NCBI GenBank assembly: GCA_014729085.1
Contig: WJKM01000004.1
Span: 4,345-68,344, forward strand
Origin: Candidatus Dojkabacteria bacterium
Lineage (GTDB): Bacteria > Patescibacteriota > Dojkabacteria > B142 > WJKM01
DNA length: 64,000 nucleotides
Direction: 5' to 3'
In this document: positions 17,546-26,856 of the stretch, in pieces
How positions within the stretch are numbered: position 1 is the first letter of the stretch
Layout: the number at the start of each line of letters is the position of its first letter
Program-made: the position numbers and the translations under genes
Notes under the pieces: generated by a model
Told to the model about the DNA's origin: nothing
The model's input: the letters and a program-made list of their open reading frames with translations, nothing else
The model's database searches: none

Positions 17546-20014
17546 TTATAATAATTCAATTTGTGGACTTTTTGGTTGTATTGTGGATTTCTTGTTCTTT
17601 TTTATTGTCGACTTATTGCTTTTTTCAAAACCCTCCAAAATAGCTTTTGCCCGTCTGATTACTTTAGTTGGAACTCCTGCCATTTCAGCTACATGAACGC
17701 CATAACTCTGGTCAACACCTCCTGCTTTGATATCATGTGTAAAAATTATACTATCGCCAGATTCATCTACATCTACGTGTAAATTTTTTACTTTTATAAA
17801 TTTTTTCTCCAAATTAATAAGTTCGTGGTAATGAGTTGCAAAAAGGGTTTTAGCTCCTATATCTTCGTGAATATATTCGACTACAGACCAAGCAATAGCA
17901 ACTCCATCATAGGTACTTGTGCCTCTTCCAACTTCATCAATAATTATTAGCGAATTCTTTGTTGCATTGTTTAAAATATTTGCAGTTTCATTCATTTCTA
18001 TCATGAAGGTCGATTCACCTGCTGCTAAATTATCCGATGCTCCTACTCTGGTAAAAATTCTGTCTACTATACAAATTTTAGCTTCATCACAAGGAACGAA
18101 ACAACCGATCTGAGCCATCAGTATGTTTAAGGCAACTTGCCTGATATAAGTAGACTTACCAGACATATTTGGTCCAGTTAATATTATTAAAGAACCATTC
18201 TCATTTAAGATAATATCGTTAGGAATATATTCGTGTTTTTTTATTAACTCAACAACGGGGTGTCTGCTGTTTTTAATTGAAATATCATTTGTATCTTTGA
18301 TTATTTCGGGTTTAACATAATTCCGCTCTTTAGACAATAATGCAAAATTAGTATATACATCAAGTTCTGCTATTTTATTAGCTGTTTCAATAATTTGATT
18401 TATAAATTCGGAAATTTCTTCAATAATGGTATCGAAAACTTCCTTTTCTAATTCAATTAATTGTTCCTCAGCAGAAATGATTTTCTCTTCATATTTTTTT
18501 AATTCTGGAGTAAAGTAACGTTCAGAATTAACTAAAGTCTGTTTTCTTGTATACCTATCAGGAACCTTATCTATATTTGATTTAGTAATTTCAATATAAT
18601 ATCCGAATACTTTATTAAATTTAATTTTGAGTGAATCTATTCCGGTTTTTTCTTGTTCTTCTTTTTGCAGTTGAAGTAAATAGTCTTCAACGTGAGAAAC
18701 TATATCTCTAAGTTCATCAATTTCATTATTATATCCATCTTTTATAATCCCTCCCTTGTCAAATTTTACAGGGCAATCTTCTTGAATCGATTTATTGATT
18801 AAATTGATTACATGATTATAATTGTCCGGATTTATATTGCTAATCATTTTTTTTAGAATTTCGTTTTGTTTCAAGTTATTAAGTACCTGAAAAATACTTT
18901 TACAAGATTTTAGAGAAATTTCCAAACCTAAAAGGTCTCTGGGATTTATCGAACCCGTTCCAATTTTCGATATAATTCTTTCAATATCTAAAATTTCATT
19001 AAATGTGTCTTTTAACTCATTTGTTAGATCAATTTTGCGGTAAAAAAAATCTACAATATTCAAACGATAATCAATCTCTGAATATTTTATTAAAGGTGCG
19101 ATAATCCATTTATATAATTTGCGTTTACCCATTGAAGTCATACATCTATTGAGAACTTCAAACAAACTTAGTGGGTCACCTTCATCCCTAATATTTTGAA
19201 CTAATTCTAAGTTCCTGACTGTTTCAAAGTCCAAATTCATTAAATTAGTCTTATCTTTTATTTGAACTTTTGTAACATGTTGCAACTTGGTTTTGTGATT
19301 CTCGAGAGCATACCTTAGTAGTACACCTAAAGGGATTATTTCATTATTTGTTTTGCTTATACCAAAACCTTTAAGACTGGTTGTATTAAAATGTTTGAGT
19401 AATATTTCGTAACTTCTTTTCAGATCAAAATCATCGTCCCATATATATTCAACTTTAAAATTATCTAGTTTTAAATCCGTTTTTTCAAACGATTTGGATA
19501 CTAAAATTTCCGCGGGATTATATATAAATAAATTATTTAAAAGACCATTATAATCATTAAAACTTTCAGAAAAAAATTCCCCTGTAGAAAGATCTAAAAG
19601 AGCAAGCAAATATATTTTCTTCTTTTTATTTATGTGAATACAGGAGATAAAGTGGTTTTTTTCTTCTTGAAGGTTTTTTTCATTAGTGTATGTACCCGAT
19701 GTATGAATTTTAATGATGTCTCTTTCTACAATTTCACCCGGTTTTGGTTCAGATAACTGCTCTGCTATTGCAACTTTCTTGCCAGCTTTAATCAACTTGG
19801 GAAGATAGTTGTCCAATGAGTGGAAAGGAATACCTGCCATTGGCCTTCTATTTTCTCCTTTTCCCCTTCCAGTTAGTGTGATACCTAAAATTTTAGATAT
19901 AGTATTTGCATCATCATCAAATGCTTCATAGAAATCACCTAACCTAAACAATAAAATTGCATCTTTGTTTTCTTTCTTAAGCTTATTATATTGCTTCATC
20001 ATAGGCGTTGCCAT
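17546..20014 (-). CDS. mutS: DNA mismatch repair protein MutS
   Basis: N-terminal mismatch-binding MKQYNKLKKENKDAILLFRLGDFYEAFDDDA, Walker A TGPNMSGKSTYIRQVAL, and a C-terminal ATPase/HTH region. Confidence 0.9.
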   Translation of the reverse strand: MATPMMKQYNKLKKENKDAILLFRLGDFYEAFDDDANTISKILGITLTGRGKGENRRPMAGIPFHSLDNYLPKLIKAGKKVAIAEQLSEPKPGEIVERDIIKIHTSGTYTNEKNLQEEKNHFISCIHINKKKKIYLLALLDLSTGEFFSESFNDYNGLLNNLFIYNPAEILVSKSFEKTDLKLDNFKVEYIWDDDFDLKRSYEILLKHFNTTSLKGFGISKTNNEIIPLGVLLRYALENHKTKLQHVTKVQIKDKTNLMNLDFETVRNLELVQNIRDEGDPLSLFEVLNRCMTSMGKRKLYKWIIAPLIKYSEIDYRLNIVDFFYRKIDLTNELKDTFNEILDIERIISKIGTGSINPRDLLGLEISLKSCKSIFQVLNNLKQNEILKKMISNINPDNYNHVINLINKSIQEDCPVKFDKGGIIKDGYNNEIDELRDIVSHVEDYLLQLQKEEQEKTGIDSLKIKFNKVFGYYIEITKSNIDKVPDRYTRKQTLVNSERYFTPELKKYEEKIISAEEQLIELEKEVFDTIIEEISEFINQIIETANKIAELDVYTNFALLSKERNYVKPEIIKDTNDISIKNSRHPVVELIKKHEYIPNDIILNENGSLIILTGPNMSGKSTYIRQVALNILMAQIGCFVPCDEAKICIVDRIFTRVGASDNLAAGESTFMIEMNETANILNNATKNSLIIIDEVGRGTSTYDGVAIAWSVVEYIHEDIGAKTLFATHYHELINLEKKFIKVKNLHVDVDESGDSIIFTHDIKAGGVDQSYGVHVAEMAGVPTKVIRRAKAILEGFEKSNKSTIKKNKKSTIQPKSPQIELL

Positions 20015-20123
20015 ATCTTCAAACTTCTGTAGATATAAATATAGTTATTGGAAGTATCTGTATTTTAACAAGAAAGAATAAAATATTTAATTATTTATCT
20101 ATGAATTTGTATGGTATTACAGA

Positions 20124-20594
20124 TTAGAGTTTTATGGGAATTTCAACAGCATCACCTCCTTGTTCAATTTGTAGAATTGCATCACCTTGCAATGTTTCTC
20201 CAATATCAATTTCTTCATCAATAAGTTTAAATTCTCCTGCTGCTGTTTGGGGAACTGGAAAAATATCTTTTGTATATAACACTTCACCATCCTGTATTAT
20301 TTTAGCCTTAACTTCTTCGTCTACATTGATTATTTTACCTTTCACATTCATCCCAACCATGTCGATCTCTTGATTTTCACAAGGATAGTTTATTAGAATT
20401 CTTTGAGACTCAGACAACATATTACATGCTTCCATTGGATCTGCCTCTAACTTGATACTTCCAGTACCAGAATTATTAGTTGATGAATTTTGGGAAGTCT
20501 CAATATTATTATTATTTTTAGTAGCGGTACAGCCTGCTAAAATCAAACATAGTAGGGGAATTAACAATAGTTTTACAGTGTTTTCCTTTCTCAT
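20124..20594 (-). CDS. lipoprotein, function unknown
   Basis: Signal peptide with lipobox LILAGC, followed by an N/S/T-rich linker. Confidence 0.55.
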   Translation of the reverse strand: MRKENTVKLLLIPLLCLILAGCTATKNNNNIETSQNSSTNNSGTGSIKLEADPMEACNMLSESQRILINYPCENQEIDMVGMNVKGKIINVDEEVKAKIIQDGEVLYTKDIFPVPQTAAGEFKLIDEEIDIGETLQGDAILQIEQGGDAVEIPIKL

Positions 20595-20835
20595 ATTATT
20601 TCAAAAAATCTAAAATATAATTTACTATAGTAATATACATGAAAATCTGTTTAATTTACAAATATCTTTAACAGTAAAGATCTTTGGGGAAAAATATGTT
20701 TTTATTATCAAATAAATTTATAGTATAATGGACAATGCAAAAAAATTGTTATAATAGAATCTGCATAGAGAAGCTATACTCAAAAAAAATTACTTCTTTA
20801 AAAATTTGGGAAGTTCTGAATAAACTATTTATTTT

Positions 20836-20919
20836 GCCGTTGTGGCGGAACTGGTAGACGCGCTGGTCTTAGGAACCAGTGGGAGCAATCCCGTGGAGGT
20901 TCGATTCCTCTCGACGGCA
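20836..20919 (+). tRNA. tRNA-Leu (anticodon UAG), no encoded CCA
   Basis: Cloverleaf folded by hand. Acceptor stem GCCGTTG/CGACGGC, anticodon stem CTGGT/ACCAG with loop CTTAGGA (U33, UAG, A37), long variable arm, T-arm GAGGTTCGATTCCTC. Confidence 0.85.
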
Positions 20920-20941
20920 TTTGGTAAATATATTAGTGTTC

Positions 20942-21065
20942 TTGTTACGGAAATTGGAAATTTTTTAAAAATTTACATTTTTCCGTACAAGCTGCCGAAA
21001 TTCCACATAAGCTTGCTGAAGTGGAATGAAGGCAAATAATTCCGAGCATAGCGAGGATTATATGC
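20942..21065 (+). repeat. copy 1 of a roughly 120-bp intergenic repeated element, immediately downstream of tRNA-Leu
   Basis: About 85-88% identical to 55989-56100. Contains an 8-bp inverted repeat TACGGAAA...TTTCCGTA and the hairpin TTCCAC-n14-GTGGAA at 21001-21026. Confidence 0.6.
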
Positions 21066-21159
21066 ATACCAAAAGTAACTAGGAAGGCAGACATAGATCC
21101 CTCTCGTTCATACTTAAACTTCTTTATAGAAAATAATTACAATTATTTTCACTCTGACT

Positions 21160-21630
21160 TCATTTGGATCTCTTAAAATATTCACCTAAATAATACCTAT
21201 ACATTGCTCCTGTTTCTCTAGGAATCTTCTTTTGTTTACTTATAAACTTAAAAGTTGAAAAATGCTCTTTATTGATTTTAATTTTATCGTTTGTATCGAC
21301 TGCTATGAGATATCCAGTAGATAAATCTTGTCTTTGTTCTTCACTTCTAAATTTTCCAACATATTGTCCTAAAAAAATTTTTTTCGATGGGTCAATTCTT
21401 ATACTAATTTCATTTTTTACTATTCTTATGAGAGTCTCATCTATACTTTCTCCCTTATATATTCTTAGACCTGGCAAGGCCCATTTATTCTTGTAAGGAG
21501 CAATCTTTCTTTTTAAGAGCAATACTCCTTTTCCATTAATTTCTAGAATTAAATCAAATGTTGGAATAACCATCCATTTTAATATTTTTTCAAACACATC
21601 CCGGGGGGCATAGCATTTATCTTGTGGCAT
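21160..21630 (-). CDS. Nudix-like hydrolase with degenerate Nudix box
   Basis: ALPGLRIYKGESIDETLIRIVKNEISI approximates GX5EX7REUXEEXGU with substitutions. Confidence 0.4.
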   Translation of the reverse strand: MPQDKCYAPRDVFEKILKWMVIPTFDLILEINGKGVLLLKRKIAPYKNKWALPGLRIYKGESIDETLIRIVKNEISIRIDPSKKIFLGQYVGKFRSEEQRQDLSTGYLIAVDTNDKIKINKEHFSTFKFISKQKKIPRETGAMYRYYLGEYFKRSK

Positions 21631-21693
21631 AATTTCTTATTTTTTTATTTAGATAATTGATTAAATTATACTTAAATGTATATAATATTTGTA

Positions 21694-21716
21694 GAAGGGG
21701 TTCGCCCCTTTTTAAA
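21694..21716 (+). terminator. GC hairpin followed by a T-run (terminator-like) in the intergenic region
   Basis: AAGGGG-ttcg-CCCCTT followed by TTTT. It sits on the plus strand between a minus-strand gene start and a plus-strand gene, so its role is unclear. Confidence 0.3.
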
Positions 21717-21786
21717 TGCAATTTGAATATGTAGCTATGATAATTATATAATTGCACTCAAAATATTTTACCCATTAATAAACACC

Positions 21787-22491
21787 ATGCAAACAAGTTC
21801 TTCAATCGAAACAGGCATTAACTCTAACCTAATTGAATTAAGTTCCTTTTCAACTCTACTTTCCAAAGTTTACGCTTGGTTAGGAGTTGGTATATTTATC
21901 ACCATGATAACAGCACTTACTTTGTATTATACGGGTATTGCCCAACTGCTCTATCAGACTCCACTAGCAATGCCAGTATTGCTAATATTGCAAATTGGAT
22001 TAGTCATAATACTTTCTATTTTTTCTACAAGATTAAATTCAGTTTTTAGTATTTTCCTCTTTCTGTTTTATTCATTTTCTATGGGAATTACTATGACAGC
22101 AATCTTCTACGCCTTTTCTATTACTTCTGTACTTATAACTTTTTTTGTTGCAAGTACAATGTTTGGTGTAATGGCTGCATATGGATTTTTTACTAAAAAT
22201 GATTTAACACATATTGGTAATATTGCTCTAATGGGTTTGCTGGGTCTTATTATGGCCTCTGTATTAAATATCTTTTTTGCAAATCATACTATTGATTGGC
22301 TATTAACATATGTCGGAATTGCAATCTTTCTTATTTTGATTGCTTCAGATACTCAAAAAATAAAAAAAATGTCTATGTTATCAGAGACAATTAAGGGAAA
22401 TTTGGCAATTGTAGGTGCTCTCACACTATATCTTGATTTTGTTAATATCTTCTTGAGGCTTTTAAAATTACTAGGAAACAGAAGAAGGTAA
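21787..22491 (+). CDS. BI-1/YccA (Bax inhibitor-1, TMBIM) family membrane protein
   Basis: Seven hydrophobic segments and the C-terminal family motif ASDTQKI. Confidence 0.7.
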   Translation: MQTSSSIETGINSNLIELSSFSTLLSKVYAWLGVGIFITMITALTLYYTGIAQLLYQTPLAMPVLLILQIGLVIILSIFSTRLNSVFSIFLFLFYSFSMGITMTAIFYAFSITSVLITFFVASTMFGVMAAYGFFTKNDLTHIGNIALMGLLGLIMASVLNIFFANHTIDWLLTYVGIAIFLILIASDTQKIKKMSMLSETIKGNLAIVGALTLYLDFVNIFLRLLKLLGNRRR

Positions 22492-22495
22492 TCTT

Positions 22496-23065
22496 TTAAA
22501 CATACTTTCGATTCTTCAGCTTATCTGGTAAGCATTGTTGTCCTGATTTTTTATTCTTTAAATCATGATCATAAATATAACCTTTACCATATCCAAGATT
22601 TTTCATTAATTTTGTTGGAGCATTGCGCAAGTGTAAAGGTACCGGTAAATTCAATGTCTCTTTTGCATCTTTAGAAGCTTTCTTGTATGCAATATAAGCC
22701 TTGTTACTTTTTGCAGCATTTGAAAGATATATTGCTAATTGAGTAAGAAAAACATTTGACTCCGGCATTCCTACTTTTCTACAGGCTTCAAAAACCGAGT
22801 TTGCAAGGATTAAGGCTTGGGGATCGGCGTTTCCAATATCTTCAGATGCAAATCTGAGCATTCGTCTTGCAATATATAAAGGATCCTCTCCAGCTTCCAA
22901 CATTCTAGCTGTCCAATATACAGCAGCATCTGGATTTGAACTTCTCATGGACTTATGGAGAGCAGAGATAATATTGTAATGTTCTTCTCCGTTCTTGTCA
23001 TATAAAAGAGAAGAGGATTGAAATACCTGCTCTAAAATTTGTTTTGTAATTATAACTTTTCTCAT
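22496..23065 (-). CDS. rarA: RarA/MgsA C-terminal fragment (MgsA_C domain), separated from the N-terminal part by a frameshift
   Basis: HYNIISALHKSMRSSNPDAAVYWTARMLEAGEDPLYIARRMLRFASEDIGNADP is the conserved RarA C-terminal helical domain. Together with the upstream fragment it gives 420 aa, typical for RarA. Confidence 0.65.
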   Translation of the reverse strand: MRKVIITKQILEQVFQSSSLLYDKNGEEHYNIISALHKSMRSSNPDAAVYWTARMLEAGEDPLYIARRMLRFASEDIGNADPQALILANSVFEACRKVGMPESNVFLTQLAIYLSNAAKSNKAYIAYKKASKDAKETLNLPVPLHLRNAPTKLMKNLGYGKGYIYDHDLKNKKSGQQCLPDKLKNRKYV

Positions 23066-23085
23066 ATTAGAGGTAATTCTAAATT

Positions 23086-23781
23086 TTATGCTTTTCGTAA
23101 AATATTTAGAGAAATCTCCAATGCATTAAGTAATGTTCTTGGATCGCCATTAGATTTTATAATTAAAAATTTTTTTGCTCCTTTTTCGAAATTTAGATTA
23201 ATTTTTTGTTTTTTTTCAAGATAAACTACTGCCCGATTCAATATCTTTTTTAAATCTTGACTAGTATGTCTTTCCAAAGTAAAAATTCTTGATCTGGAAA
23301 GTAGGGGACTAATCACTTCGAAACTAGGATTTTCTGTAGTAGCTCCAATTAAAATAATAGTTCCATTTTCAACAAATGGTAGAAGATAATCCTGCTGTGC
23401 TTTGTTAAATCTATGAATTTCATCGATAAACAAGATTGTCTTTCTTTCTTTATTAAACTGACTAATCTCCTTTGCTTGTTTAATTACAGACTGTAAATCC
23501 TTCTTTCCTGAAGTTACAGCAGATAGCTGGATAAATTTGGACTTTGTATCGTTTGCAATAATCCTAGCTAGGGTAGTTTTTCCAACTCCAGGAGGGCCCC
23601 AGAAAATCATTGAAGGAATCATGTCCTTTTCTATCAATTTACGAATAACTCCATCATCTCCAACAAGCTCTTCTTGACCAATGAATTCATCTAAAGATTC
23701 AGGACGAAGTTTATCTGCGAGCGGTTTATTGACTGAGTTGGATGTATCTCTATTAAAAAGATTCGATTGCATTATCAACAT
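23086..23781 (-). CDS. rarA: recombination-associated AAA+ ATPase RarA/MgsA, N-terminal fragment (AAA+ module)
   Basis: LRPESLDEFIGQEELVG...MIFWGPPGVGKTTLARIIAND, LFIDEIHRFNKAQQD. It stops 20 nt before the next ORF, which continues the RarA sequence in another frame. Confidence 0.7.
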   Translation of the reverse strand: MLIMQSNLFNRDTSNSVNKPLADKLRPESLDEFIGQEELVGDDGVIRKLIEKDMIPSMIFWGPPGVGKTTLARIIANDTKSKFIQLSAVTSGKKDLQSVIKQAKEISQFNKERKTILFIDEIHRFNKAQQDYLLPFVENGTIILIGATTENPSFEVISPLLSRSRIFTLERHTSQDLKKILNRAVVYLEKKQKINLNFEKGAKKFLIIKSNGDPRTLLNALEISLNILRKA

Positions 23782-23868
23782 TTAAAACAAAATTAGAATT
23801 TCTCGCTATCAGTATTTTAATTATATTATAAAAGAAATTATAAATTTACTTTGTTCTTAAATATGATT

Positions 23869-25875
23869 TTAGTTTTCTATTGGGGAACTCATTGGATTTT
23901 CGACTGGGCGATTCACAACAACTGGTTTATAATGAGGTAATTCATCAACCCAATTTGACTCATATTCTGGATATTGATTGATTAAATCATTATAAAATCC
24001 GGACCAAATAGGTAATGCTGTTGTAGATCCAAAAGCATATGGGTGCATTCTTGCATTATTATTATTACCAACCCAAATACCAATTACAAATTTATCATTA
24101 TAGCCAATAAAATAATTATCTCTATTTGCATCTGTTGTTCCAGTTTTTCCGGCGATTTTGGCTGGTCCGTATTCTCTTAATATTCCATTAAGCATCTTTA
24201 CATAATCGGAATTAAGTTTATTAGATTCATTAATATTGGTTTCTTGTATAAGTTTTCCTTTTGAATCTTCTATGCGAAGGATAGGTCGGAGATCTGCCAT
24301 ATTCCCATTATTAGCAAGAGCCGTATAAGCATGTGTATGTTCAAGTAGATTTGATTCAAAACCACCTAAAGATATAGATAAGCCATATCTGTCTCTATCC
24401 TCAGAAGCGCTTTTATATTCCAGTAACTCTAATAAATCTAAAAAGTTGTTTACCCCTACTTTTTGTATCATTCTGACGAAAGGAGTATTTCGAGACTTTA
24501 TTAAGGCTTCTGCAACAGTCATTTGTCCCATAAAGGAACCGTCACTATTTTTGGGGCTAAAGCCATTTATATAAATGGGGCTGTCATAAATAATACTATA
24601 CGGACTATAGTAATTATTTTCAAACGCCTCATAGACAAGGAATGGCTTAATAGAAGATCCTAAATTTCTTGATGAAAGGGTCACATTTACATGAGGATCG
24701 AATCTACCATCAGGACTTCTTTCTGCCCAATAATCCTTGGATCCAACAAGGACTAAAATTTCGGATGATTTAGGATCAAGCATTACCATAGATGCGTTAT
24801 TCATCCAGTAATGTTTTTTCTTTTCGATTCCTTCTTTCAGTTTTGCTTCAGCTAAATTTTGGAGTTCTAAATCTAAACTTGTGTAAATATGATAACCTCC
24901 ATTGTATAACTCCTCTTCAGAAATATTATATGGTTCATTTTCAAGTATTTCTTTAACATAGAAAACAAAGTGCGGTGCTTTAATGTCTCCAATATCTGGA
25001 TTAAGAGAAACTATTTCTGACTCTGCTTCTAATACTTCTTCATAAGTATAGAATGCAGGATCTTGTTTTCTTATATAAATTAAATTTCTTTTTAACTGCT
25101 TAAAAATATATTTTCTACGAGTTTCTACAATATCCCAAGCTAATTGTTCATTGGAACTAAAAAGTGGGGATGCTTTTCCTGGAGTTTGTATCAGACTTAT
25201 CAAAAAAACAGATTCATTTAATGTTAATTCGTCAATATCTTTATTGAAATAAACTCTGGCTGCGGACTTAATGCCTCTAATTCTGCCTCCAAAACTTGCT
25301 GAATTCAAATATAATTCAAGTATGTATTCTTTTGTATATTCTTTTTCGATAAAGAATGTTACCAGCATTTCTTTAATTTTACGATCGAAAGTTTTCTCAT
25401 TTGAGAGAATTGTGTTTTTAGTGAGTTGCTGTGTTATTGTACTACCTCCAACTTTTTGTTTTCCGCCAGATTTGAAATAAATAAACGCACTTCTTAGAAT
25501 AGCTACATAATCCAACCCTTCATGTTCAAAAAATATTTCATCTTCTGCAGCGATTAAGGCCCAAATTAAACTATTTGGAATATCATCAAATTCAATATAT
25601 TCACGATCTCTATGAGGATCTTTAAATACGTATAATAATTGGCCATTCCTATCATAAATAAGACTATTTTCACCCTTTTCTGTTACTTTATACCTAATTT
25701 CATCTATAGGTGGTATAGATTCCGCATATGTATGTAGCTCATAGAAAACAAAACCTATGATTACAATTATAAAGAAAGACAAACACAAACCAAGAATTAA
25801 TAAGCTTTCTAAATGCTTAGGTATAGTATTATTGTTATCTTTTGCAAAGTATCTTGGAGAAATTACTATTTTCAT
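23869..25875 (-). CDS. class A penicillin-binding protein (bifunctional transglycosylase/transpeptidase, PBP1A type)
   Basis: N-terminal TM anchor. GT51 motifs (AAEDEIFFEHEGLD, GGSTITQQLTKN). Transpeptidase SxxK (SSIKPF) and KTGTT. Confidence 0.85.
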   Translation of the reverse strand: MKIVISPRYFAKDNNNTIPKHLESLLILGLCLSFFIIVIIGFVFYELHTYAESIPPIDEIRYKVTEKGENSLIYDRNGQLLYVFKDPHRDREYIEFDDIPNSLIWALIAAEDEIFFEHEGLDYVAILRSAFIYFKSGGKQKVGGSTITQQLTKNTILSNEKTFDRKIKEMLVTFFIEKEYTKEYILELYLNSASFGGRIRGIKSAARVYFNKDIDELTLNESVFLISLIQTPGKASPLFSSNEQLAWDIVETRRKYIFKQLKRNLIYIRKQDPAFYTYEEVLEAESEIVSLNPDIGDIKAPHFVFYVKEILENEPYNISEEELYNGGYHIYTSLDLELQNLAEAKLKEGIEKKKHYWMNNASMVMLDPKSSEILVLVGSKDYWAERSPDGRFDPHVNVTLSSRNLGSSIKPFLVYEAFENNYYSPYSIIYDSPIYINGFSPKNSDGSFMGQMTVAEALIKSRNTPFVRMIQKVGVNNFLDLLELLEYKSASEDRDRYGLSISLGGFESNLLEHTHAYTALANNGNMADLRPILRIEDSKGKLIQETNINESNKLNSDYVKMLNGILREYGPAKIAGKTGTTDANRDNYFIGYNDKFVIGIWVGNNNNARMHPYAFGSTTALPIWSGFYNDLINQYPEYESNWVDELPHYKPVVVNRPVENPMSSPIEN

Positions 25876-26026
25876 TATTTCATTAATATATTATAGTAGA
25901 AAAAATACAGAAAATGAACTTTAAGGATTCCAATATCAATAGTTTTTTTGATATAATTTAGGTAGTTTAGCCTCTTTTTCAAAATATAGTTTATTTTACC
26001 AAACATATGACATTAACTCAATAAAT

Positions 26027-26827
26027 ATGAAAGCAGATGAGATTTTCGAAATAATCAATTTTAGTAAGGAAAACATATATTTTCTACTTACTTCCTTACT
26101 TGGATTAGCAATTTTAGTTTACACTGTAATTATCTTCTGGTTAATATCAGACATACAAAAGCGGATTAAACACAAAGTCCTAAGATATACATTTTATGGT
26201 ATTATATTAAGTACAATTCTTTCTGGTATTTTGGGATATATATATTTTAATCCTATAGCTATATTTATAACCTTTGGAATCTTCCTATTTTTAATTATTT
26301 ATCTTATCTTTCGTCCTAAAGAAATAATAGATGTTAATCATAATCAACTTTATAATAAAAACGATGTAATCCTTTTTGAACCCAATCTTGTACATTGCAA
26401 AAAATGTCATTTTTTAAATAAAAAATCATACCGATTCTGTACTAATTGTGGAAGAAATCTGAAATTCCAATGTCAACAATGCAATTATGAAATAGACCCT
26501 ATATGGCATTTCTGTCCAAACTGTCAGGGACGACTCGATCATGTTAAAGTTTATTACTTTTGGCAAAAGCTTATTGCTTTCCCTTCAAATATCTTTTCAG
26601 GATTTTGGACCTTTATCTCTGAAATATTGAAAAAACTTAGAAAGAAGATCAAAATTCAATTTGACTTTGAAACTACTACAATTGCAGTTCAAAAACATAG
26701 AGTTAAAACTTACGAACTTAAATCAGAACCTTCAAATTTGACATTGCAAAAAAGAAAAGAGGATAAACCAAAATCCGATCAAATTAATTTGTCGGATGCC
26801 AAAAACAAGAAAAAAAAGAAGAAGTAA
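26027..26827 (+). CDS. membrane protein with a cytoplasmic double zinc-ribbon
   Basis: Three TM segments, then CKKC...CTNCGRNL...CQQC...CPNCQGRL, then a basic tail. Confidence 0.5.
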   Translation: MKADEIFEIINFSKENIYFLLTSLLGLAILVYTVIIFWLISDIQKRIKHKVLRYTFYGIILSTILSGILGYIYFNPIAIFITFGIFLFLIIYLIFRPKEIIDVNHNQLYNKNDVILFEPNLVHCKKCHFLNKKSYRFCTNCGRNLKFQCQQCNYEIDPIWHFCPNCQGRLDHVKVYYFWQKLIAFPSNIFSGFWTFISEILKKLRKKIKIQFDFETTTIAVQKHRVKTYELKSEPSNLTLQKRKEDKPKSDQINLSDAKNKKKKKK

Positions 26828-26856
26828 TAAATTTTTAATAAAAACAATGAAGGATA

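Noticed and set aside
20842-21039. 65-aa ORF overlapping tRNA-Leu and the downstream repeat
   Set aside because: It is read straight through a tRNA gene (translation MAELVDALVLGTSGSNPVEVRF is the tRNA sequence) and into a non-coding repeat whose second copy does not keep the frame.
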